Of a stretch of 64,000 bases of DNA, positions 21,887 to 29,084 are shown one piece after another. Numbering within the stretch: the first letter of the stretch is position 1; every line of letters starts with the position of its first letter. Source of the DNA: an uncultured delta proteobacterium (lineage in GTDB: Bacteria > Myxococcota_A > Polyangia > Polyangiales > Polyangiaceae); the NCBI GenBank assembly GCA_963716725.1, contig CAVQUB010000007.1:128001-192000 (forward strand). Reading direction: 5' to 3'. The notes beneath the pieces were generated by a model. It was not told the origin of the DNA. It did not search any database and worked only from the letters and a program-made list of their open reading frames with translations. Made by a program: the position numbers and the translations under genes.

Positions 21887-22129
21887 ATGGCGCAGTCACA
21901 CCCCGACGAGTTGCTTTGGCGGCGCGCGTTGGCGCTTCCACCGGACAAGCGCCTGGCGCTTGCTACCGAGCTGCTGAACAGTGTGGAAGAGCGCCACGAC
22001 GAACGCTGGGAGCGCGAGTGGCTCGCGGAATTGGACCGACGAAGCGCAGCGATCGACCGCGGGGAAGACAAGCTCGAGGACTGGGAGACGGTGAAGGCCA
22101 GGTTGCGGGCCGAGCTGCGCGCAAGGTGA
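21887..22129 (+). CDS. Putative addiction-module antitoxin component (TIGR02574-like)
   Basis: ALALPPDKRLALATELLNS..W..EL.RR..I..G...WE.VK pattern; GTGA overlap with toxin remnant. Confidence 0.85.
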   Translation: MAQSHPDELLWRRALALPPDKRLALATELLNSVEERHDERWEREWLAELDRRSAAIDRGEDKLEDWETVKARLRAELRAR

Positions 22130-22265
22130 AGACGCGGTTTTCCGACGGCTCCACAGGTTCCCGTTCGTCATCCACTTTCGTCTCGGCGAAAACGAGGTCT
22201 TCGTCCTGGCCGTTGCCCACGGGAAGCGCAAACCAGGCTACTGGGTCTCGCGCGACGAACCTTAG
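22126..22265 (+). pseudogene. RelE/ParE family toxin with large internal deletion
   Basis: MKTRFS start, then out-of-frame RRLHRFPFVIHF..VLAVAHGKRKPGYW-stop; only 140 bp against about 300 expected. Confidence 0.8.
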
Positions 22266-22268
22266 GCC

Positions 22269-22423
22269 GAATAGCGATTGAGGCGTTCAGCAGCGAACGC
22301 CAGAAACAACATCACCAGATTCTACCCCGCGCGAGACCCTGGGGAACAGCCGAAGGGGTGCAGGGCGCCACGACATCACCAGTCAGAAAGCCAGCGCTCG
22401 TCTGCTGCAACCTCCTGTTAGGC
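22269..22423 (-). mobile_element. attC-I (family 2, 155 bp, R' core mutated)
   Basis: Ends closely match attC-A (GATTGAGGCGTTCAGCAGCGAACGCC ... GTCTGCTGCAAC..CCTGTTAGGC) but AAC is AGC. Confidence 0.85.
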
Positions 22424-22436
22424 GGTCCGTCGAGAA

Positions 22437-22820
22437 CTAGCGCCACTCGCCCACCATGCCCGCCTTTCGATAGTCCAGTCCGCGCGAGCGTACCGCCAAT
22501 CCATTCGCATACGGCACGGCCCACGCGAACGCCGCGGCCTCGCGCCCTGTACGCAGACGGACCACGCCGTCCGCTCCGAGTTTGCGGGCATGGTCGGCCA
22601 ACTCGTCGAGAAGAGGATCCATCGAGCCGTACGTCCCACGCTTCAGTTTGATTTCACCGAGGTACTCCAACGGAGCGCCCGGCGGCGGCACATCCTTCGT
22701 GAAGAACACGGGACCTGCGTGCGGCGGGTATCGAGACTCGGGCATCTCGGTGCTTGTGCCGCACGCTGCAACGCTGCCGAGGACGGCGGCGAGAACAAGC
22801 GGGGACACACACCTAGCCAT
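22437..22820 (-). CDS. Small lipoprotein, possibly YbjQ-like fold (cassette gene)
   Basis: Lipobox VAAC; L...ARKLGADGVV motif; cassette ends GTTAGGCGG / CCGCCTAAC are perfectly complementary. Confidence 0.8.
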   Translation of the reverse strand: MARCVSPLVLAAVLGSVAACGTSTEMPESRYPPHAGPVFFTKDVPPPGAPLEYLGEIKLKRGTYGSMDPLLDELADHARKLGADGVVRLRTGREAAAFAWAVPYANGLAVRSRGLDYRKAGMVGEWR

Positions 22821-22830
22821 TATGCAATCC

Positions 22831-22996
22831 GCCTAACGAAACGGCGTTCACCCGCGAACGCCGAGACTCAAGATAACAGACGGCACAGCGCTGCACACGC
22901 GGGCGAGTGCCGCATCAGAGTGGTCATCCGCGGCCGCAGAATGGACGGTGAAACTCGGCATGGCCGGCGTTCGGCGGGTGCAACGGCCAGATATGC
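22831..22996 (-). mobile_element. attC-H (family 1, 166 bp, R'' mutated)
   Basis: GCCTAAC..GTTCACCCGCGAACGCC ... GGCGTTCGGCGGGTGCAAC GGCCA GATATGC. Confidence 0.88.
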
Positions 22997-23005
22997 GGTG
23001 CCTGG

Positions 23006-23314
23006 TCACCTGACCCCTTCGAGTCGATCAATCCAGTACAGCGGCGCCTGGTTGCCCAAGAACGCGACGACCACTACCCGGGGATCGGTGATGTAGATGA
23101 TCGACACGGGGAACGTGCGCAGAACGACGTGCCGAACGCCCGGAGGGACGCCCTCGAGCACCCACGGAGCGCCGAGGTGGGGAGATTCGTCGATCAGCCC
23201 GAAGATTTCCTGGGCTTCGTCGACGAAGCGGGAACCGTAGCCGGACCGCTTCTCTTCGTACCAGAGCGCGTTTGCGGCGAGTTCACGCGGGGCAGCGTCC
23301 AGAACCTCAGGCAC
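23006..23314 (-). CDS. RelE/ParE family toxin
   Basis: A..EL..ALWYEEKRSGYGSRF..P..G..R..LRTFPVSIIY; overlaps the antitoxin stop. Confidence 0.85.
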   Translation of the reverse strand: MPEVLDAAPRELAANALWYEEKRSGYGSRFVDEAQEIFGLIDESPHLGAPWVLEGVPPGVRHVVLRTFPVSIIYITDPRVVVVAFLGNQAPLYWIDRLEGVR

Positions 23315-23546
23315 GGCGAGAAGCCACTGCGGCTCGAGCCCTGGACAGCGCGTCTTGCGCAGAAACGGTCTTCGCCGTGCCGTCGCGAAGGCGCTCCACT
23401 CTGCGCGCGATCTCACCAACCCAAGCGTCGTGCGCAGATGGCGCCGGCGTTGGAGTCAAGCTCTCCGCCAGCCGGAGCGCGAGCTGAGCGCGCTCGTCGT
23501 CGGGAAGCTCAAGTGCCTCTGCAAGAATGAGGTCGATGCGAGACAT
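23307..23546 (-). CDS. Putative addiction-module antitoxin component (TIGR02574-like)
   Basis: EALELPDDERAQLALRLAESL..AW..EIARR pattern. Confidence 0.88.
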   Translation of the reverse strand: MSRIDLILAEALELPDDERAQLALRLAESLTPTPAPSAHDAWVGEIARRVERLRDGTAKTVSAQDALSRARAAVASRRA

Positions 23547-23629
23547 CGCGCCAAGCGTACCACGTCGTGTGGGGGGGCGAATCGGGCGTCGACGGTCCAG
23601 TTGAAAGCGCGCGCCATCTCCTCGCGGCC

Positions 23630-23713
23630 GGATAACGTATCGGCGTTCTGCGGCGAATGCCAGACCGAGCGCAGCGAGGGAGGGCAGTCGTCCGCAGCAA
23701 CGCCTTGTTAGCC
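23630..23713 (-). mobile_element. attC-G (short type, 84 bp)
   Basis: GGATAAC..GGCGTTCTGCGGCGA ... TCGTCCGCAGCAACGCCTTGTTAGCC with extrahelical bases; vapC stop lies in R''. Confidence 0.93.
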
Positions 23714-24109
23714 AGCCTCAGCAGACCAGTTCACGACCCTGAGCCCCTTCACCTTGGAGAAGTGCTTGAGGTTGTTGCTTACCAGCGTGAAGTTCAGCGC
23801 GAGCGCATGGGACGCGATCAACGTGTCCAGGGTGCCAATGGGTGTGCCCTTCGTCTCGAGGGCTGCCTGAACGCGACCGAAGGCGGCGGCAGCGGCGTCG
23901 TCAAAGGGCACGACAGCAACCGTGCGACTGAACGCGTCGATGATGCCGTGGAGTTTCCGAGAGCGCCGACGCTCGGCCCCGAATCGCAGTTCCGCCAGGG
24001 TGAGTGCGCTTATGGACACCTCCGACGGCTGATGGTCGGTGAGCCGGGCGGCAGCGGGGCCTTGGCCGCGCAGGATGTAGCTGACGGTGTCGGTATCGAG
24101 GAGAAACAT
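23708..24109 (-). CDS. vapC: PIN-domain toxin
   Basis: MFLLDTDTVS, TLAELRFG, IGTLDTLIASHA, LVSNNLKHF. Confidence 0.93.
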   Translation of the reverse strand: MFLLDTDTVSYILRGQGPAAARLTDHQPSEVSISALTLAELRFGAERRRSRKLHGIIDAFSRTVAVVPFDDAAAAAFGRVQAALETKGTPIGTLDTLIASHALALNFTLVSNNLKHFSKVKGLRVVNWSAEAG

Positions 24110-24113
24110 GGCC

Positions 24114-24353
24114 CTAATCCCCGAATGGATCGCGCGGAGCGGAGGCGTCACGCGCTGGCCGAGGAATCTCGCCGGACCACGCCCCAATGCACGCCAAGAA
24201 ATCCTCCGGCCACGCGTCCACGGGCTCGAGGATGATGCGACGTCCCTCGCGGCGAACGACCACTTCCGCCTGGGTGTCGGGGAAGCGGCAGTCCTTCGGA
24301 AGTCGGACGGCCTGGCTTCCACCATTCCTGAAAAGCTTGGCTCGAGCGCTCAC
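24114..24353 (-). CDS. vapB: AbrB-fold antitoxin
   Basis: AKLFRNGGSQAVRLPK motif, directly upstream of vapC. Confidence 0.93.
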   Translation of the reverse strand: MSARAKLFRNGGSQAVRLPKDCRFPDTQAEVVVRREGRRIILEPVDAWPEDFLACIGAWSGEIPRPARDASAPRDPFGD

Positions 24354-24359
24354 TTGGGA

Positions 24360-24389
24360 AAGTATAGACGCATGTCTATACTTCGTCAA
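24360..24389 (-). promoter_or_regulatory. sigma70-type vapBC promoter with palindromic operator
   Basis: TTGACG-17bp-TATACT; perfect 10-bp arms AAGTATAGAC-N4-GTCTATACTT; GTG start 7 nt after the -10. Confidence 0.88.
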
Positions 24390-24424
24390 GCAGCGCCGGC
24401 GCGTGTGTTTCTGCGGTCTGGCTA

Positions 24425-24459
24425 GCCTACCGACGTTCAGCAGCGACGTCTTGTTAGCC
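24425..24459 (-). mobile_element. attC-F, collapsed 35-bp remnant (family 2)
   Basis: GCCTACCGAC-GTTCAGCAGCGA joined directly to CGTCTTGTTAGCC; the upstream cassette's stop codon lies in its R''. Confidence 0.65.
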
Positions 24460-25038
24460 GGCCGTCGGAGGTCGAGCGGTCGCCAGTATGTCTTGAGCGG
24501 TCATCGAGGATGCTTCGTTCGGGTGCAGGGCGGTAAGGCGCCAGTCCGCCGCGGCCTGGTCGTCGATCAAGATGTCGGGCTTCGCCAAGAAGTCGACGAA
24601 GCAATCCGCAATGCCCAGCTCGACTGCGGATCGGTGGGCGTATGGCGCGCCTCCGACGCTCCAGCAATAGAGAACGGCGTTGGCCGCGTGAAGGTCACGA
24701 ACACGTTGTACGACGCTGCTCATCGGGATGCGCTTCGAACCGAAGGAGCGAACGAGCGTGTCATCGACGTCGACGAAGATGATAGGCGTGTTGGGCGCGG
24801 TGCGGTCGCCAGGCGCCTGCTGCAGACGTTGTCTGGCAGCGTCGAGCATCTCCGGATAGTTGGTGCTGAGGGGCTCCACCAGCGTGGTCTCGAGCTGGCA
24901 CTCGATCTGCCAGAGCACGTGCTGCTCAGCCGAATCGAGCACCCGGACGGCGCCGCCTGAACCGGCTCGGTGGAGCATCTCGAACAGAAGGAGAGCCGCG
25001 TCTGGCTCAAGTTCGAGCTTGTGGCTTGGCGGGCTCAT
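24454..25038 (-). CDS. Two-domain cassette protein: small helical domain + HAD-superfamily hydrolase
   Basis: IIFVDVDDTL (DxD), YCWS, KP, LIDD HAD motifs in the C-terminal part. Confidence 0.8.
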   Translation of the reverse strand: MSPPSHKLELEPDAALLLFEMLHRAGSGGAVRVLDSAEQHVLWQIECQLETTLVEPLSTNYPEMLDAARQRLQQAPGDRTAPNTPIIFVDVDDTLVRSFGSKRIPMSSVVQRVRDLHAANAVLYCWSVGGAPYAHRSAVELGIADCFVDFLAKPDILIDDQAAADWRLTALHPNEASSMTAQDILATARPPTAG

Positions 25039-25047
25039 CTCGGGTCC

Positions 25048-25212
25048 GCCCAACGAGACACACGTTCACCCGCGAACGCGCGAGGTGATCGTAACAGAGC
25101 GCGGGGCATTTTCGAGGCCGGCGCGTGCCGTTGAAAATTGGGCGCCGGCCGCCGCGGGACGGACGGTGAAGTCGGCAAGGCGCGCGTTCGGCGGGTGCAA
25201 CGTCCGTTATGC
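25048..25212 (-). mobile_element. attC-E (family 1, 165 bp)
   Basis: GCCCAAC..GTTCACCCGCGAACGCGCG ... CGCGCGTTCGGCGGGTGCAAC..GTTATGC, with compensatory stem changes. Confidence 0.92.
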
Positions 25213-25560
25213 GGCATCTCGCGGCGTCACCGCCCCGGGCGCCCGCACGAACATCACCAACGCGACCATGCTGGGGACGAAGAAGCCCAGCACTCCGAGT
25301 GCGGTGAAATTCATGGCCTCGGCGATGCCCTCGCCGAGCAGTCGTGCCTTTTGTGACGGATCCACAGCCTCACCACCGACGGCAACAGAAGCCTTGAACG
25401 CGCCGAGCGCAATACCGGTCGCAGGTGCAAGGAAGAGGCACAGGAGGCTGAGAAGAAGGACGCGGCGAAGGGTCTTGCGGGGCTGGGACGACCAGCGCGC
25501 AACTATGGACGCGGCGACGAACCCAAAGCTGGTGAGGCCGATCAGAACCCACCAGTGCAC
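25207..25560 (-). CDS. Small membrane protein resembling a MotA/TolQ/ExbB channel segment (cassette gene)
   Basis: Three hydrophobic segments; AVGGEAVDPSQKARLLGEGIAEAMN; GGGGAG SD before GTG; stop in R''. Confidence 0.7.
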   Translation of the reverse strand: MHWWVLIGLTSFGFVAASIVARWSSQPRKTLRRVLLLSLLCLFLAPATGIALGAFKASVAVGGEAVDPSQKARLLGEGIAEAMNFTALGVLGFFVPSMVALVMFVRAPGAVTPRDAA

Positions 25561-25569
25561 GATCTCCCC

Positions 25570-25735
25570 TGCCAACGATCCGGCGTTCACCCGCGAACGC
25601 CGAGACCAAGAGATACCAGAGTGCGCGGCGCTGCACACGCGGGCGCGTACCGCTTGATGATGGGCACCGGCGCATTCGGCGAGGCGCCAAGGCAAGGCAC
25701 GACCGGCCTTCGGCGGGTTCATCGCCTTGTTAGCC
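25570..25735 (-). mobile_element. attC-D (family 1, 166 bp)
   Basis: TGCCAAC GATCCGGC GTTCACCCGCGAACGCC ... TTCGGCGGGTTCATCGCCTTGTTAGCC. Confidence 0.9.
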
Positions 25736-25754
25736 AGGCCTCTGCCGCAGCGAC

Positions 25755-25783
25755 TTGACATAGTTATCGTTTCGGATAACTAT
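25755..25783 (+). promoter_or_regulatory. TA promoter with palindromic operator
   Basis: TTGACA -35; 9-bp arms ATAGTTATC-N6-GATAACTAT; GTG start at 25790; -10 is weak. Confidence 0.8.
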
Positions 25784-25789
25784 TGGCTT

Positions 25790-26128
25790 GTGAGTTTCGT
25801 CGTCCGCGAGTACGTCGATGAAAGCGGACGCATCCCCTTCCGGGATTGGCTAGGAGAGCTAGACACGTCGGTCCGCGCTCGCGTGCAGGCGAGAGTTTTG
25901 CGATTTGAAACCGGCAACCTCGGCGACCACAAGGAGGTCGGAGAAGGGGTCTGGGAGGCGCGGCTAGACTTCGGTCCCGGGTACCGCTTGTACTTCGGGA
26001 GAAGCGGCCGCGAGGTCGTTCTGCTCTTGCTGGGTGGCGACAAGACGTCTCAAAGGAAGGACATCCGGCGAGCTCGAGAGTTTTGGGCGACGTACGTGAA
26101 GGAACTGAAGCATGGCAAGACGCAGTAG
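25790..26128 (+). CDS. RelE/HigB-like addiction-module killer toxin (antisense to the array)
   Basis: PFRDWL..L..R..GNLGDHK.VGEGVWEARLDFGPGYRLYF..LLLLGGDKTSQ.KDI. Confidence 0.92.
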   Translation: MSFVVREYVDESGRIPFRDWLGELDTSVRARVQARVLRFETGNLGDHKEVGEGVWEARLDFGPGYRLYFGRSGREVVLLLLGGDKTSQRKDIRRAREFWATYVKELKHGKTQ

Positions 26129-26423
26129 AGACTGGAACGAAGGACTGGCCGAAGACCTTCAGGACCCGGAGTTCGCGCGACAGTTCTTGACGGCTGCCGT
26201 GGAAGACGGCGTGCCCCTGAAGATTGCTCTTGCGAAGGTCATTCGTGCCACAGGTGTGAAGGAGTTCGCGGAGAGCGTCGGGATGCTGAGCCCGAATGTG
26301 CTGAGGGCGATTGACCCGAAGCACAACCCAACGCAGGAAACACTCGAACGTCTACTGAAGCCATTCGGGCTTCGAATTGGCCTCGCCCAGATCAAGCCTA
26401 GGACGAAGGGTCGCGCGGCATAG
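26112..26423 (+). CDS. HTH addiction-module antidote protein (HigA-like)
   Basis: LQDPEFA..L..A; HTH; NPT..TL..LLKPFGL; toxin-first gene order. Confidence 0.88.
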   Translation: MARRSRDWNEGLAEDLQDPEFARQFLTAAVEDGVPLKIALAKVIRATGVKEFAESVGMLSPNVLRAIDPKHNPTQETLERLLKPFGLRIGLAQIKPRTKGRAA

Positions 26424-26437
26424 CGTCCGCCTCTCCA

Positions 26438-26600
26438 GCTCAACGATCCGGCGTTCACCCGCGAACGCCGGAGATCATCGTAGCAGACGGCGGGGCGCAT
26501 CAGAGCGGGCGCGTGCCGCAGACAGTGAAGGCGCCCGTGACGCGCGACGTGCGGTGAAACTCGCCTGGCCGGCGTTCGGCGGGCGGAACGTGAGTTATGA
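26438..26600 (-). mobile_element. attC-C (family 1, 163 bp)
   Basis: GCTCAAC GATCCGGC GTTCACCCGCGAACGCCGG ... CCGGCGTTCGGCGGGCGGAAC..GTTATGA. Confidence 0.9.
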
Positions 26601-26624
26601 GGCGGGCTTGCTCACTGGCTTGTC

Positions 26625-26734
26625 ACTCAACCGCGGCGTCGTCCGTGGACGAATCGCCCTCAGAACCGTCGTCGAGCGACGAGTCAAGCGCAGCGTCCGG
26701 AAGCTGTGTGTCCGTAGGGCTGTCGGGCTTGGTA
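26625..26734 (-). pseudogene. 3' fragment of a cassette gene left next to the IS
   Basis: Reads TKPDSPTDTQLPDAALDSSLDDGSEGDSSTDDAAVE-stop just before attC-C. Confidence 0.5.
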
Positions 26735-26765
26735 TGAAGTTCCCCCGCTTCCGTGGACAGCATGA

Positions 26766-27646
26766 TTATGCCGCAGCCTTCACTGTTCGTGAACGCAATT
26801 CGAACTCGATCGGGTTGAGGTAGCCGAGGTGAGAGTGGCGCCGCTCGATGTTGTAGAAGTTCTCGATGTAGTCGCCGATGGAGGTCTCGGCCTGGACGGT
26901 ATCGACGTACAGCTCATGGTCTACGAGTTCGGCGCGCAAGGTGGCGAAGAAGCTCTCCGCGACTGCGTTGTCCCAGCAGTCGCCCTTGCGGCTCATGCTC
27001 GCCACCAGACCGTGCGCGGCCAGCTCCGCTCGGTATGCGTCGCTGGCGTAGGGGCTTCCGCGATCGGAGTGGTGCACGAGGCCTGCGGCAGGGCGACGCG
27101 ACAGAAGGCCCTTTCGGAGCGCTTCGAGAGCCAGCAAGCTGTGTCGTTGTTCTGGCTCGCGGCCCACGCAACAACCCGACGGGAGATAGAGGTCGAGCAT
27201 CACGGCAAGAAACAGCCAGCCCTCGAGAGTCCAGATCGCAGTCACGTCGGTGACCCAGACGCGATCGGGAGCGGCGACTTCGAACTTCCGAGCGAGCACG
27301 TTGGGCGCGATCGGGTTCGAGTGTTTCGAATCGGTCGTCTTCCTGAAGCGGCGCTTCCGCCGCGCTTCGAGGCCGTTTTCCTGCATGAGCCGCTCCACTC
27401 GCTTCTTGCCGACGCGGATCCCCTGGGCTCGCAGTTCCGCATGCACGCGCGGGCTACCGTAGGTGCTTGCGGCTGCGCGTGTGGACCGCAGCGACCTGGA
27501 CCGCGAGCTGTGCGTCGGCGCGTAACACGAGGCGCCTGGGGCCGCTTACGCCATGCATGGAACCCGCTGCAAGAGACCTCGAGAACGCGGCACAGCATCG
27601 TGATTGGGTAGAAGGCCTTCTCGGCGAGGATGAACACGAACTTCAT
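26766..27646 (-). CDS. IS3 transposase OrfB (DDE), with several extra frameshifts
   Basis: WVTDVT, HHSDRGSPY, SMSRKGDCWDNAVAESFF, YN..RRHS.LGY. Confidence 0.9.
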
Positions 27647-27954
27647 GTGCTCTCCTTCGCGAAGAAGGCCGCCGCTTTTTTCAGGATTTCGCGCTCCATT
27701 TGCAGGCGCTTGTTGTCCCGCCGCAGTTGCGCGAGTTCCGCCCGCTCGTCACTCGTGAGCGCACCTGGCGGTCCGTTGCCGGCGTCGATGTCGGCCCGTT
27801 TCACCCACTCGCGCAAGGCCGTCTCGGTCAGGTCCAGGTCCCCGGCCACCTGCGTGACGGTCCGATCTCCGACCTTGCAGAGCCGCACTGCCCCGGCCTT
27901 GAACTCGGGGGTGAATGCTCGTCGCTTCCTACGCTGCTTCTTTCGCTTGTCCAT
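27643..27954 (-). CDS. IS3 transposase OrfA
   Basis: RRAFTPEFKAGAV, HTH, EREILKKAAAFFAKE. Confidence 0.93.
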   Translation of the reverse strand: MDKRKKQRRKRRAFTPEFKAGAVRLCKVGDRTVTQVAGDLDLTETALREWVKRADIDAGNGPPGALTSDERAELAQLRRDNKRLQMEREILKKAAAFFAKEST

Positions 27955-28011
27955 GGATCACTCCAGGCGCATTGTCGCGCGAGTTGGGGTGTCCACGAAA
28001 CCGGGGGAAGA

Positions 28012-28413
28012 TCACTCGGGCGCTCCCCCGTTCGCCAGACGGCGATTCTCCTCATCCAGGTACTCATCGAAGTGCTCAAGAGAGTTGCGCACTTTGGAGT
28101 TGAGGAGCTCATCCATTGGCACGCCGTCGAGAATGGAACGCAAGGTCTTGGCGCGCCGTTGCCGGAAGCTGTGCGAGACAGCGGTTTCCGATTTGCGGCG
28201 CTGCGAGGGTTCGACGAGCTTTCTCAAATTCGCGCTCGCGATTAGCGCCACTGAGATATTCGTATGGAGTTTCAAGGATACTTGGAGCGTGAATCCCGTG
28301 TCGGGAACGGCGGCTTCGTTGAAGACGGCGTCACATGCGTCGACGATCGCATGAGCGAGCCACACGATCTCGTGAAGGCAAACACCGAAGAGTGGCGTGT
28401 TGGTGATGTCCAC
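28012..28413 (-). pseudogene. Cassette-3 gene truncated by IS3; helical protein with HEPN-like R-x4-H motif
   Basis: Its stop codon is the IS terminal TGA; contains VRNSLEHFDEYLD. Confidence 0.7.
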
Positions 28414-28430
28414 GATTCGATCCTGCGTCG

Positions 28431-28595
28431 GTCTAACGCTCTGGCGTTCACCCGCGAACGCCGAGACTCAAGGTAGCAGACGGCACGGCGCTGCACACGC
28501 GGGCGAGTGCCGCATCAGAGTGGTCGTCCGCGGTTGCGGAACGGACGGTGAAGACCGGAAGACCGGCGGTCGGCGGGTGAAACGCCTTGTTATGC
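28431..28595 (-). mobile_element. attC-B (family 1, 165 bp)
   Basis: GTCTAAC..GTTCACCCGCGAACGCC ... CGGCGGGTGAAACGCCTTGTTATGC; closely similar to attC-H. Confidence 0.92.
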
Positions 28596-28904
28596 CGTGA
28601 CAGAATCACGGTGATTCTCGGGTCGGAGACTTTCGGCGCCGCCCGACGCGTCGACGCCGTGGTCTTGGATCTTCTCGACATCTGCGACCGCAACTGTCGC
28701 TGCTGCTTCTGCGGGCACAGTCGGCAAGACATCGGTGGTCTTGGTGCAGCGCTGTCGTTCAACCGCCGGAACTTTTTCCCGCCGCGACGACGCTCGGGGC
28801 TCGCCTCGCGCGACCGGATGCGTCGGAGACTTTCGGCGCTGCCCACGGCAAGACCGTGAAGTCTCGCCAGCGCTGCCCGCTGCATAAGAAATGAACAGCG
28901 GCAT
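28590..28904 (-). CDS. Cassette-2 ORF, function unknown (may be non-coding)
   Basis: ATG lies in R' (GTTATGC) and TAA in R'' (GCATAAC); no recognisable domain. Confidence 0.4.
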   Translation of the reverse strand: MPLFISYAAGSAGETSRSCRGQRRKSPTHPVARGEPRASSRREKVPAVERQRCTKTTDVLPTVPAEAAATVAVADVEKIQDHGVDASGGAESLRPENHRDSVTA

Positions 28905-29084
28905 AACGATTGAGGCGTTCAGCAGCGAACGCCAGGAACAACACTACCCAACAATACCACGCCGACAGGCGCGGGGGTGGCGCCGAGGTTCGCAAGAACC
29001 GAGGCGCTAAGCCCCGCGCGCAGGGCGCCACGACATCAGCCAGTCGGAAAGCCAGCGATCGTCTGCTGCAACGTCCTGTTAGGC
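28901..29084 (-). mobile_element. attC-A (family 2, 184 bp)
   Basis: GCATAAC..GTTCAGCAGCGA ... TCGTCTGCTGCAACGTCCTGTTAGGC; cassette-1 stop lies in R''. Confidence 0.92.

Larger units (their letters stand above)
26735..28014 (-). mobile_element. IS3-family insertion sequence, 1280 bp
   Basis: Terminal IRs TGAAGTTCCCCCGCTTCCGTGGACA / TGATCTTCCCCCGGTTTCGTGGACA (21/25); orfA + orfB; A6G slippery site at 27675-27681. Confidence 0.95.

Noticed and set aside
20321..22129. 602-aa plus-strand ORF
   Set aside because: Shadow frame crossing an attC and antisense to a lipoprotein gene; only the last 80 aa (antitoxin) are credible
21313..28885. Short ORFs sharing SRRSRVNAGSL or VSAFAGERR peptides as a protein family
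   Set aside because: They are translations of the attC repeat
20208..29084. Recurring GGCGTTCACCCGCGAACGCC repeats as a CRISPR array, REP or MITE family
   Set aside because: Spacing is gene-sized, there are no cas genes, and each copy is one arm of an AAC..GTT-bounded imperfect inverted repeat placed after an ORF, which fits attC
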